A stretch of DNA of 64,000 nt from Octopus sinensis (lineage: Eukaryota), in contig NC_043005.1 in assembly GCF_006345805.1 (NCBI RefSeq), positions 106,950,001 through 107,014,000 of the forward strand, in the 5' to 3' direction. The translations under genes were made by a program, and so were the position numbers. Shown one piece after another: positions 51,387 through 64,000 of the stretch; within the stretch, counting starts at the first letter, position 1, and each line of letters begins with the position of its first letter. The notes beneath the pieces were generated by a model. It had not been told where the DNA came from. It did no database searches and saw only the letters and a list, made by a program, of their open reading frames with translations.

Positions 51387-52725
51387 GGCCTAAGTTTTTA
51401 AAGAAGGTGTAAAGATTTTTCCGGAACCCATCCGTGGTCCTGGGGTTTATTTTGTGGAGGGCGAAAAGGCCGTCATCGCGGTAAAGACCACCGGAGAGGC
51501 CTGTGAATAGGGTTTTCAGCCTATGGAGGATGAAAAGGCCCACTAGGTCACTTATTTCAGCAGAGTCGTTATCGCCCTCCACAAAATAAACCCCAGGACC
51601 ACGGATGGGTTCCGGAAAAATCTTTACACCTTCTTTAAAAACTTAGGCCTTAGGATTACCTTAGAATCCAACTTAACAAAAGCTAACTTCCTTGATGTCA
51701 CCCTCGACTTAAAAACCTCACTTTATTACCCGTACCACAAACCGAATGAATCCCTTAGATTATAGATATTAATTCCAACCACCCCAAAAATAATTAGATA
51801 ACCTAGTAAAAAGTGTCTCAATTAGAATTTCTAGCCTGTCCGCCACGGAAGATATCTTTAAGGCCGCAGCCCCCTATTACAACGAGGCCCTGGCCCGCAG
51901 TGGCTTTAAAGATAAGATTACCTATACTAGTATAGCCCCACGCCAACCCAGGAAAAATAGACGAAGACACATTAGCTGGTACAACCCCCCCCTTCAAGCG
52001 TGAGGTCGCTACACCGGTAGCTAAAATCTTCTTCACTCTCCTACAGAAACACTTCCCCACCCAACATAAGTACTACACTATCCTAAATAAGAACACTATT
52101 AGACTCTCCTACTCTACCACGCCCAATCTAGCCAGGAACCTAGCCAACAACGATGTGAAAAAACTTAACATATCTACTTTTTCCGAGGCCCATCCAACGT
52201 CCGAAAGCAATTGCAACTGCCCTGATAAAACCACCTGCCCCTCAACAACAATGCCTACAGAGGGACCTAGTATATACATGCGAGGTAAGATCAGGCCCTG
52301 ACGATAAAAGAAAATCCTACATCGGAATGACGTCAAACAGCTTTAAGACCCGTTGGTACGCACACCACACACTCGTTCCGGCGACAGGATAAATCCAACC
52401 CAACTACCCTCGCCGCCCACATCTGGTACCTTAAAAGGAACTCAATCCCCTTCAAGACCAAGTGGAAACTACTACAGAAGGCGCGCTCGTACACAGGAGG
52501 CCATACCTGCTGTGACCTCTGCATATCGGAGAGCCTAGAGATCTTGTTCGCCAAAGGCCCTCTCCTTAACAAAATCTCAGAACACTCCCCAAATTGCATG
52601 CATAAGAAGTATGCGAACTACAAGAACTATAGACCTACCCGGCAACCACATTGATGACACCCCACCCACACCCACCCCCAATCCACCGTTCCCCTAGCAC
52701 CCTCGATTACCTTTTCTCCTAAGAC
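51387..52725 (+). mobile_element. Penelope-like element (RT + Zn-linker + GIY-YIG endonuclease, Neptune/Nematis-like) with inverted 5' segment
   Basis: Minus piece SAEISDLVGL..GLYRDDGL; plus piece NFLDVTLDL..PYHKPN..WYNPPF..CNCPDKTTCP..LVYTCEV..SYIGMTSNSFKTRW..AHIWYLK..CDLCISE..LLNK; several frameshifts. Confidence 0.92.
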
Positions 52726-52729
52726 CTTT

Positions 52730-53281
52730 CACATATTGTATGTGCACGCTTGTATATGTGTATCGATATATGTATAGAAATGTATGGGTATAGTAGGAAT
52801 ATACGCATGTATTATGTGTGTGTGTGTGTATGTATGTAAAAATATATATATATATATATATATGTATGTGCGTGTGTGTGTGTGTGTGTATATATGTATA
52901 TATGTATATATGTATATATGTATATAGTGTGTATGCAATGTATGTGTATATGTATGTGTGTATGTATGTGTATGTATAAATATTATATAATTAGGGCTTA
53001 GTAAAATAAATTACTTTGCCACATACTGAACTTTCTAGAAATAGCAGCCAAAAAAGTTTTTTAGCCTCTTCCACTACTTAGAGAATATTTTCCCTCAGAC
53101 ATTGTTTACTCAAAATAATAATGGCCCTTTTACATACTGAATACTTGGTGAAATTGATTAATAACTAATTAACTTTACCCTCAATTGTTGATAGATGTAT
53201 GTGTGTGTATATATATGTATATGTATATATATATATATGTACATGTATGTATATGTGTATGTATGTATATATATATGTATG

Positions 53282-53340
<59 letters not shown>

Positions 53341-54005
53341 GTATGTCTGTGTATATGTGTATTATGTATATATTTATACATATATATATATGTATATGTA
53401 TATGTATGTGTGTGTATATATATATATGTGTATATATATGAGTGTACGCGAGTATGTCGATGTATATGTAGGTATGTAGAGTTTATGTGTATGTGCATGT
53501 ATGTGAGTGTAGATACAAATTGTAGATGTGTATATATATATGTGTGTGTATATATACATGTATATAGGTATATGTATGTGTGTGTATATATAATATATAT
53601 ATATATATATGTATATGCGAGTATGTAGAGATATAAGTATGTGCATGGTGTATATATATGTATAGGTATGTGTATGTGTATGTATCTATATATTATGTGT
53701 GTGTGTATGTATGCATATATGTATGTATGTATGTATATGTGTATGTATATATGTGTAAGTGTGTGCATATATGTAATGTAAGTGTGTGTGCGTGTATGAG
53801 TATGTATGTATGTTTGCACACATGTATATGTGTGGGTGTGTGTTATGTGTATAAATGTATGTATGTATGGATGTATGGATGTATGTATGTATGTATACGT
53901 ATGTATGTGTAGTGTGCATATGTATGTATGTGTATGTGTGTATATATATGTGTGTATATATATTTGTGTATATGTATAATATGTATATATATGTGTATAT
54001 ATATG

Positions 54006-54043
<38 letters not shown>

Positions 54044-54433
54044 TTGTATTGTAGGTGTATATGTATGTGTGTATATATATATTTATTGGTGTATATGTAT
54101 AGACTAGCCTTCTAAGAGTGTAGACATGAATCTGTAGGTACGCGTACGTATGAGTATATACGTGAATGTATGTAGATGTATGTAGTCTGAATATAACGTG
54201 TGCGTGCGTGTATGTGTATGAGTGTACGTGCTATGAGGGTGCGTGCGTGATGATGATGCTGGTTTTCAATTCGACAGATAAATGGACTTGCTGTTATAGC
54301 CAGATCCTTGGGACCAGCGGTCAAAGATAACAAAAGTAATAAATGAAGATAATAAAATTAAAATTAGGGAATGGGTCTGTATTTGTATGTATATATATGT
54401 GTGTATGTGTAGGTATGTATAGGTACACATATG

Positions 54434-54466
<33 letters not shown>

Positions 54467-54850
54467 ATGTATGTGTATGTATATATATGTGTGTATATAT
54501 GTGTATATAGGGACTAGTGTGCTGTATGTGCATGTGTGTATGTGTGTATGTATATATATTTTTCTGTGTGTATATGTATGTGTGGTCGTGTGTGTATATA
54601 TACATGTGTGTATACGTGTATGCATGTGAGTGAGTGTATGTATATATATATATATATGTGTATGTGTAGATATGTATATGTATGTGTATGTGTATATATA
54701 TGTATATGTGTGTGTGTGTATGTATGTGTGTATGTATATATGTATGTGTGTGTATATATGTATACATATGTGTATAGGTATAAGTGAGAATCTCCTTATT
54801 TACCTAAAACTCTATTTTTTATATATATATATTTTTTATATATATATATT
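52730..54850. repeat. ~2.1-kb (TA)/(TG)/(TATG) microsatellite field with short unique inserts
   Basis: Direct reading. Confidence 0.9.
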
Positions 54851-54859
54851 TTTTTATTT

Positions 54860-55055
54860 TTTTATTTATTCTTTTATCTAATTTACCACTGACTCCTTAA
54901 CCACTCCCCCAAGTATGATATTTTTCGCTATGCCTACCCCCAAAAAGTCCCCCACCTCCACCCCTTTAAACCTGCCTAAATGTATAAATGCCAATACAAT
55001 TCTTGTTAACTAGCTTCCTGAAGATTTCTCTTGAATGAAACAGTTCTAGTCCTGT
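54860..55055 (+). mobile_element. C-rich pLTR-like segment ending in a truncated hammerhead
   Basis: AGCTTC-CTGAAGA-TTTCTCTTGAAT-GAAACAG-TTCTAGTC-CTGT then (TA)n; same strand as the upstream PLE ORF. Confidence 0.65.
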
Positions 55056-55163
55056 GTATATATATATATATATATATGTAGGTCCCGGGTTGATTCGGGG
55101 TTAACCACAGTAAATAAGGTACTCAATACATAGCAGAGTAAAATTAATTTATTATATAGAAGG

Positions 55164-55214
55164 AGCTTCTACAGGACTAGAACTGTTTCATTCAAGAGAA
55201 ATCTTCAGGAAGCT
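55164..55214 (-). ncRNA. Type I Penelope-type hammerhead ribozyme (left arm of palindrome)
   Basis: Exact reverse complement of 55211-55261. Confidence 0.8.
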
Positions 55215-55261
55215 TCCTGAAGATTTCTCTTGAATGAAACAGTTCTAGTCCTGTAGAAGCT
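55211..55261 (+). ncRNA. Type I Penelope-type hammerhead ribozyme (right arm of palindrome)
   Basis: Stem I AGCUUC/GAAGCU; core CUGAAGA; weak stem II (U.U then UUC-UCUU-GAA); GAAA; stem III ACAG/CUGU with CUAG palindrome in the loop; GUA cleavage after 55255. Confidence 0.8.
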
Positions 55262-56029
55262 CCTTCTATATATAATATATATATATATATATATAACCTC
55301 TGTGTATAACTATCTTTCACTATATGTGTGCGTTTTACGATATATATATGTATAAATGTAAATATAAATAGTATATATACATATGTATTAGTACATACAC
55401 ACCCACATACAGTGACAGAAGAAATAGATATACAAGCAGACTAATAAGATGTATGTCTAACTGATTCCTGGAATACTTGTAGAATATTCAGACTTAAAGT
55501 GCAAGATCAACGTGTCGTTTTGTCTTACTAACATGACGTTGGATACGTTTTTGAAACAAAAAAAAACATAAATGTCACATGTACGTATTTATATTTGTAT
55601 ATATGTATCTACCTGCTTGTCTTCCTGCCTGTATGTATATATGTCTCTCTCTCTCGCTCTCGCTCTCTGTATGTATGTATGCATATATATATATAAGGTA
55701 TGTAAAGGGGTAAAAGCTGCATGACAATAATTCTACCCGAATTTATTAACAATTAATTAATTCTACCCCTTTTTTTGATGACATATATATATATATATAT
55801 ATAATATATATAGATAGATATATATGAGAAAGAAAATGGAGAGAGAAGTTATTTTCTCACGTTCTTTCGTATATTTATCAATGATTAGAAAATACTTTTA
55901 GTTATATAGACGCTCAAACACTCTCTCATCTATGCACTCATAAATCTTACACACTCATACACTCACAACAACCCATCTTTGTAAAGTATATACATGTTAT
56001 ACAAACATATAAATGATCAACTCGAGGAA

Positions 56030-56260
56030 ATGACAGAGCAGTTAGAACATCAGATTACATACTTTGCGACCTGGGTTCAAATTTCATCGAGAACATCTTT
56101 GTCTTTCATCCTTCCAGAATTTTAAAAATAAAGTACCAATGTAGGGCGGTTACATGGTAGAATCATTAGAGTGGCTGTCGGAATGGCTTCTGATATTTGT
56201 TCCGGCTGTTTTGTGTTTTGGATACAAATCATTCCGTGGGTTTATAGGCTTCGAAAGCTT
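56030..56260 (+). mobile_element. Very old SINE fragments
   Basis: GGGTTCAAATTTC..CTTTGTCTTTCATCCTT..AAAGTACCA. Confidence 0.45.
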
Positions 56261-56369
56261 TGTGAAATAAATACCTTGCAGTAAGTATATTTTTACTAAT
56301 AATCTCCCTCGACTGCTACACTCAATACTGAACATAGAGGTGGATTAGCAAAGTGGTATTATGTATCAT

Positions 56370-56620
56370 ATGGTGCTTGGTGAGTTTGAAGTGATTATTG
56401 TAGAAATACCTATATTTAGTCCGAATAGAAAATGTGCTGTGCGGAGCATACCGCAACAGGCATGACCCATCGACCATACTCCACTGGGCATACAGCAAAA
56501 GACATGTACAGTCGCATGATATCTCAGTCATATTACATAAGATATATAACTGCTGGATACACTACCGGAAACAAGTGTCTCCATGTCTTACCGAATTAAA
56601 TGTTGTGCAAGAATTGTAGA
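56370..56620 (+). pseudogene. Possible Merlin/ISXO2-like transposase relic
   Basis: LGEFEVIIVEIPIFSPNRKCAVRSIPQQA and PSTILHWAY resemble GG.G..VEIDE..F..RKY and PGT.IHSD.W.AY. Confidence 0.3.
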
Positions 56621-57884
56621 TATGCTTTGTATTTATTTCACTAAGGAATTATAAAATGCTACGAAACACTCTTTAAGCCGATGAGAAGCGGCTTTTCTGA
56701 AAATTGGCAGCTACCTAGTGTTATAAAGAATGGCATCTGCTGTAATTAGGAATGGCACCTACTGCTCGCAAACATGATAAAATTGTGAGAAGCGTAAAAG
56801 AAATATTTCTCGATTGGTGTTTGTACGAAGGGTTAGTAACGTTGTCGCAATAACACAGTTGTTGCTACGGAACATCTATATAGTACAAAACATGTCAGCC
56901 TATCACTGAATGAAAGATGACGTCATCTGGGCAAAGTCTTTTTAGGGAAGCTGATCTCAAGACACGAAGAGGATTATTCCTTTCCCACTTCAGTAGTTAC
57001 AGAACATGTTGTGCAATGCTACACAGAAAAACCTTAATTTCCACTAAAGGACTAGGATCAAAAGTAATCTCAACAGCTTTTAAGATAAGCTAGATAGAAA
57101 AAGTTAGAAGCTTTTAGAAAGAAATTTTCAGGTCAGGAGAGTTTGGTAGGCACATGTTGATGTGCTCCACAGGGAACAAGTGAAAAAAGAATAAGAAAAT
57201 CAAAAATTCCTTACTGTTTATGATAGCTATTGTTCATAACAGTGTATTTTACAAAAGCAAATCTAAAAAAATATGTAAACGTTCCAAAATAGCGTCGATG
57301 TAAGCGTTATTGGCTATAGCATGCATTAAAAAATTGTAATATGGAACTTAAAGAAAAGAGATACTATTGGCGCCTCTATTAAGTGCTAGAAGCTACATTA
57401 ATACCAATCAAAGGATAGACAACCAAAAAATCTAATGCTGGATAAAGATTTTTCAGAATAAAAAAAAATAACTATAAGAGTGTTCTGTAGTTCTAAAGAT
57501 ATCAGAATGGAATAGCGGAAAAAATGTTTTAGATCAAGCAATGGATGACTCTAGAGATTGTCTTTCAGCATAACACTTCAACTTGCTAGACACAAAAATC
57601 CATTAAATCAGCACCCTAAAGATGGTACTTATCATTAAACTGACGAACAAGAATGAGCCTCCCTTTGATGAGCATGCAAGTAGAAAGTAGATGCAGAAGA
57701 ACTTGTTGAAGGCCTCTGCCGCAGGTTAGAACGGAATGGTAGAAAGGGTAAAAGCAAATTGTTTATCTATCACTCTACGTTGCAGTGAAGTTATGTCAAA
57801 ATTTGTCTCTTCCTACTTTAGATATCTATAGTCAATTAAATAATTAACCCCTACTTCATTATGCAAATGCAAGCAACCGATGAA

Positions 57885-58330
<446 letters not shown>

Positions 58331-58684
58331 CTTTCATCTCTCCATAGATCAGTCAATCAATCATCCATCTCGCTATCTGCACTTGTATGTATTTATGTAT
58401 ACGTGAGTGTATTTACACACATACACTTAGACACAGACATATGTATGTATATATACACTTTGATATTATCATGTTACTCACACGCACCCATATATATATA
58501 TACATATATACACACAATACATATGCATATGTCCTAGGGTCATGTACTCTTCATTATGACGTATGTAGACTCTGCAATACATTGTCACTGAAAGTGCTCA
58601 ATAAATGCTTATATAAATTAATCGTTAAACAGTGAAAGAAAACCGAAGTCAGTTTCTGTTAGAAGTTAAAAGGAAATACGTGTA

Positions 58685-58759
58685 CTGTTACCTCGCAACA
58701 GTGTTGCGTTATTGAGCATCCTGTTTCGAAAATACTATCTCTCATCAGGCAAGGTACAA
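58685..58759 (-). ncRNA. Full-size type I hammerhead ribozyme
   Basis: rc: stem I UACCUUGC/GCGAGGUA (8 bp, one GU, extendable past a bulged A); CUGAUGA; stem II GAGA-UAGUAU-UUUC; GAAA; stem III ACAG...CUGU with internal UGC/GCA; GUU cleavage between 58697 and 58696. Confidence 0.85.
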
Positions 58760-59377
58760 GAAAGGCAGAAAGTATATAACTTATTAGCAGAAAGTGTATA
58801 ACTTCTAATACATGATATAAAGGGATTTTACCTCGTTGCAAGTCTGAAATTATGTCACTTCTCTAATTCTACTACGTATTTTATGAAAGAGTTTCTTTCT
58901 ATAGGCCAAATACTACCATGCTATAACTCCAAGCCTTTTCTCATTATTCGGGCTTTGGCCGTCACCACGCTTGAGGAGTCTCAGGAACATACATCAACCC
59001 GCAAAATTCGTTGCGTTTGCCTGGAGAAGTCACACTTGTCGGTGATTTCTGTACCTCCATCAGGGGAGAATATGCAAACAGTAAGAACTTCAAGTCATAT
59101 GTTCTGTGGAAGGAGGGCTGTGCGATGCTTCTCGTATGGTGTATGGCGTGGAGATACAAGTCGGATGGCGTGAGAAAGAAATATGTATGACTCAAAAGTG
59201 GTTCAGGAAATTGTTACTTGTTCATCCTGTTACAAAACGTAGAGGCCACTGGATTAGTATTAAAGGAAAAAAAGGTTAGAAAGAATACAGAGTTTGGAAT
59301 GTATTGGTGAATGGATTTATGTATCTATGAATATGGATAACGTTCATATTGCTTTCGTTCTGCATTGTCGAACCGTG

Positions 59378-59645
59378 TACAAATTACCACCTGTGTCATC
59401 TCTTGTGAAAGGTAGAAGAGTCCAGTTTGCTGGACATTGTTGTAGAGCTGAAAGCGAGGTAATTTCTACTCTTCTCCTCTGGAAGCCATCTGCTCGCGAT
59501 ACCAGACTCTCCTACCCTGATGTAATCTCCGGGGATACAGGCATCCAGCAACAGGACCTCCGTAATGCTATAATGGACCGTGAAGTCTGGCGTAACATAG
59601 TAAATTCCATTGTCTCGATCACGGTCGAACGATGAATGATGAATC
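59378..59645 (+). mobile_element. 3' end of RTE-clade LINE
   Basis: LPPVSSLVKGRRVQFAGHCCRAESEVISTLLLWKP..SYPDVISGDTG..DLRNAIMDREVWRNIV; TGA-rich tail. Confidence 0.85.
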
Positions 59646-60104
59646 ACTAAGAAAGATCTGATCAGAAATGAGCCTATGTGCTTTCGGTTCCATTGGAAAG
59701 GACATGTTACACTGGACAGAATGTCTAGCTGCTGTCAATATCCTTTCTATAGAGTTCTCGGGATTACTCTGTCACTGATGGTGGTTCGGAAGATGCTATG
59801 ATATCTGAGCGAATTCGTAACACAGATGGTGAACGCATATGGCCATCATTTGTGAGACGTGTCCCTCTAGATATTACCTCTTTGATCGAGGTGTAGTCTT
59901 TGATTAGGTGTATACCGAAATTGTCGCATTACACTATTTTCAGCTGAGTATTGCGTTCGGTAGAACCGGAAGACCCATATACTATAGAATGTTGGTAAAC
60001 ATGAATGTCTTTGAATTTGGAACTTTTCTAGGTATAGCCTAGAGCAGTCACTTCTAGAGGTCTTTCATATCTGGTGTTCTGAGGAATTTCCAACACTGAT
60101 AATG

Positions 60105-60175
60105 ATGATGTAATCGAATAGCCCCCTCCCCCGCAAATTTTCATGGCCTTGTGCCTAGAGTTAAAGACAATTAGT
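60105..60175 (+). mobile_element. SINE family 1 tail-2 fragment
   Basis: GATGTAATCGA..CCCCTCCCC..GGCCTTGTGCCTAGAGT. Confidence 0.6.
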
Positions 60176-60688
60176 ATTATTTTGCTTGGCTGAGTCTATG
60201 CAACTTCAGGTAAAATGCTACGTAATCTTTGCTTTGCCTTTCTTTGTTCTCAATTCAGATCCAACGAGAACAACTTCGTTTCATCTCGCCGGGGTGGACT
60301 GTCGGTGGGTTTGATTAATCCCCTTTACTCATAATAACTAGGTTTGGTACTAAATCCGGAATTGTCTTTCTTCGGCATCATCTGCATGATGAAAACTGTA
60401 GTAGCAGTAGCAGTAGTTCTTGTAGTACGTATTTCTTGCTAGCTTCAATTCTTTTTTTTTTGTGGGTTTTGCAAGGAAAGTAATGGTAAAGAAGGAGGCT
60501 TGCCTTGTTTGGTTATTTATTTACCTTACTTTGCATGGAGAATATTTCCCAGGGAACATATTTCTTCGTAAGAACAATTGATTACAAGACCGAAAGATGA
60601 AAACAGACACATACATTGCGTTTTAAATATACGTATATGTATGTGTATAAGAGAATGATAGTATGTGTAAGTGTTTTATCAGTTCCTC

Positions 60689-60758
<70 letters not shown>

Positions 60759-60959
60759 TCTATGTATGTCTCTCTCTTAATCAATGTTTATATGTGTATC
60801 GTACCATATGTCCAATTTAGATTTCATTTTCTAAATGACAATTGCCGTAGAGTATCTTTGTATTAGTTGACTACGGAGAAAAGTAAAAAAAGAAAAAAAC
60901 TTAATGACATTGGCGATGATACTCGTGATATTGGTGACTACACTAACACCTACTGTAGG

Positions 60960-61171
60960 GCACACACACACACACACATATATATATACATATATGTATG
61001 TATTATATATATATATATATTACATCATATTATATCATATATACATATTATCTATGTATACATGTATTTACAAATGAATATATGTGTATATGAATTTAGA
61101 CATACGCATATATACATATATACAAGAATTTTATACATACACATTTACATATACTTACATACATGATTTAT

Positions 61172-61202
<31 letters not shown>

Positions 61203-61341
61203 CAAACATACATATACACACATATATATACATACATACATACACACATATATACATATATATACATACGCACGCAAACACACACACATATATATATATG
61301 CATACATATACACACACATATATATATATATATACATACAT

Positions 61342-61376
<35 letters not shown>

Positions 61377-61440
61377 CATACATACACACGCAAACACACA
61401 CACACATATATATATACGTGTATATTTATAAAGACAGATA
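60960..61440. repeat. (CA)/(TA)/(CATA) microsatellite block
   Basis: Direct reading. Confidence 0.9.
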
Positions 61441-61520
61441 TATGTCTACGTAAATTCTCTGTTTGTGGATCTATGTGTTTACGTTTGTAACATATACATA
61501 AAAGTAGCAGTTATTGGAAG

Positions 61521-61551
<31 letters not shown>

Positions 61552-61873
61552 TTGAAAAATACACGATGTTCTTAAAATTCTGTTATGTCTTCATCTATGT
61601 ATATTTTTTTTCTCCGTATTTTGCGCTTCTTTTCCTGTCGTGATTTCTTGAAACTGTTTATTTACTTCCACTGTGGTGGTACTATGGTGATTATATTGCG
61701 GAAAGGAATTTTTTCTTTTCAGTTGTATGACTTTTGTCTATGGAACTGTGTTTATGTTGAGACTGTGTGAGTGGCCTGAATGTCGTTGTGTACACATACG
61801 TACATGTGTGTTTGTGTATGTGTGTGAGTATACACGTGTATATGTGTATGTATGTATCTATGTGTGTGTGTGT

Positions 61874-61911
<38 letters not shown>

Positions 61912-63055
61912 TGTGTACAAGTAGAGGTGAAAAAGAAAAGCGACTTTCTTTGAAGCAGATCTTACTGAGATATTATCAGCATTTGATTCAGTTTCTTTCT
62001 CTTTTTTTTAATAATTTCTAACGTAGTTCACTTCATTATCGTATCTAATATGCCTGGTTAACTCACGATGACAGTAAATTCCTTTCTCATTCTATTCAAA
62101 AGTGTATAATTTTCTCTCTATATAAGTAATCAACTTGTAATATTCCACTACCTCACTCCTATGTAGATGGGAAATACTTGGCAAAATAATATGGTAGACC
62201 AATTGTAACATACAGATGTGATTTCTAATCTACTGCAGGCATTTCGAAGTTTCAGTATTTATGGTTACACAACTCTATTTTACGTTATCTTTGTGGACAT
62301 AACTTTCAATGAAACTCAGTATATCGTAAATTGCAGCTTATCTACGGGTATTCTCATCTCTGATCTGTTGAATGCCATCTCAGCTAAAAATAAATAATTC
62401 TGTTAAAGCTATTCGCATTTAAAGTTGTATTGAGAGACACACAAATGATAATGTGACGGGAAGAGCCATAAAATGAGAGGTAAAGTCTTAATAAACCACA
62501 TTCGTTTGGTTTCAGGATTGAAACCGTTTACTTTCCTCTATTTCCTTTGTTTTTCAAACAAAAGCACGAAGATGCATGATCCAAACTTGTATCGTGTCCT
62601 TATTTCTTTGAAGATACGTGTCACAGTAAATTTTCTTTTTAATGAATTAAATATTTCTAGCTTTAAAAATAAACTGACCATGCACTTGAAGACCACAGAC
62701 AGAAGTCGTGGAAAGGTGAGTGACTATCTATGGTCATATTGCACTGCTAGACTGTGGTCGAAATACCTTAGAAAAGATAGTAGAATACTCTGAGCATTGG
62801 AAGACGTATGCAACGTGGGTGTCACCGAACTTGAGTTGTAATTTATAAGAGAGAGGAGTGGCAATTTGTACTGATCTGGTAGAGGCTTTTGAATCTCAAG
62901 ATGACGCTACTTTTCTAGTGGTGTAAAGAAATGAAAAAGTGTCCCAGGTTTCAATACTAATTGCAAAAGACTGTTTCGTGTCCTGAAAGATCTTATCCGT
63001 AATAAGTAGTTAATATTAGCCTATGTGTTGGTGGGTTGTATTTGTTTTATGTAGT

Positions 63056-63262
63056 TAACTCTTTTACTTGTTTCAGTCATGTGACTGTGGCCATGCTGGA
63101 GCACCACCTTTAGTCTAGCAAATCGACCCCAGGACTTATTCGTTGTAAGCCTAGTACTTATTCTATCGGTATCTTTTGCCGAACCGCTAAGTTACGGGAA
63201 CGTAAACACACCAGCACCGGTTGTCAAGCGATGTTGGGGGACAAACACAGACACACAAACAT
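63056..63262 (-). mobile_element. SINE family 4, 3' half, low divergence
   Basis: GTTTCAGTCATGTGACTGTGGCCATGCTGGAGCACC..AGCCTAGTACTTATTCTATCGG..GGTTGTCAAGCGATGTTGGGG. Confidence 0.85.
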
Positions 63263-63269
63263 ATGCACA

Positions 63270-63313
<44 letters not shown>

Positions 63314-64000
63314 AATATATACTATAGAGACGTTAAACGTGAGATACATTAGGTTACATGCTCGGCAACTATTAATACTTGCTGGGTTAAGCAGAAAAAG
63401 TAGACCACATGACCTGTATTGGTGAGACCGAGGGCCTTAATGTTCCTCTAGAAATCTGGTAATTAACTCTTGCGATATATCTATGTGCATACATATACAT
63501 ACAAACACAGACACATACGTGCACACACACTCACACACACATATATATATACGTATGTAGAATTGACACGCAGTGTGGAAGAGTGCATGTGGACGTCTGT
63601 AAATCTGTATATTTATGCATGCATGGACTTTTTCTATGTCCATTTCTATGTTAATGCAGATATTTGTCCGCGTGTGTGTATACAGTGTGTTCTACACGTC
63701 ACGAGAGAAATTATTAAAATTGACTTGTTTCAGTGATTTATTCCAACTAAAAAAAAAAAATCACTGAACCATAACGAAGCATGTATCTTATTTCTTGTTT
63801 ATGGACTCTCGTGGTATCCACCTTCTCATACCCTTACTCTATTTCACTCCCACTCCTTCTCATCATCACAAAACATCCTCCTCCGCCTCCTCATTATTGT
63901 ATTCGATCAACGTCGCTGTCATACTCGTCACCATTATTGTAATCAGAAGATCATCACAATGTTCTTCTGACATGTTATTTGCTAATTTTGCTGCTGTTGT

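Larger units (their letters stand above)
55078..55272. repeat. Inverted pLTR piece plus a perfect 120-bp palindrome (55153-55272)
   Basis: Checked base by base around the centre GGAAG|CTTCC (55212/55213); no spacer. Confidence 0.95.

Noticed and set aside
52725-54860. Treating the PLE ORF and the hammerhead pLTR as one continuous element
   Set aside because: Same strand and plausible, but 2.1 kb of microsatellite and unrelated inserts intervene; needs a family consensus.
59660-60080. Second RTE-like RT vestige (DGGSEDA..RIR)
   Set aside because: Too degenerate to support.
62661-62716. Small exon (AAG|GTGAGT donor) encoding a C2H2-like FKNKLTMHLKT
   Set aside because: Spacing does not fit F-x5-L-x2-H-x3-H, there are no cysteines and no linked exons.

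Overview
AT-rich, microsatellite-dense eukaryotic DNA with one 100-N gap. The SINE families look like those of octopus (coleoid cephalopod); this is from recall and was not searched. No intact host protein-coding gene can be supported, and almost all ORFs in the track are microsatellite artefacts. The window is mostly retroelement debris: seven R4/Dong-like restriction-endonuclease LINE fragments, a CR1-group LINE, an RTE 3' end, a Penelope-like element (RT + GIY-YIG) with a 78-bp fold-back 5' end, four tRNA-derived SINE families and a ~540-bp non-coding repeat. The most notable signals are structural RNA. A complete type I hammerhead ribozyme lies at 58685-58759 (-) in unassigned sequence. 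A perfect 120-bp palindrome at 55153-55272 consists of two back-to-back Penelope-type hammerheads, next to a third copy cut off at its cleavage site. Two more minimal hammerheads sit in solo pLTR-like repeats. A second pattern recurs three times out of three: Dong 3' end, then a (TAA)n array, then the 540-bp element. All alignments, translations and folds were done by eye.
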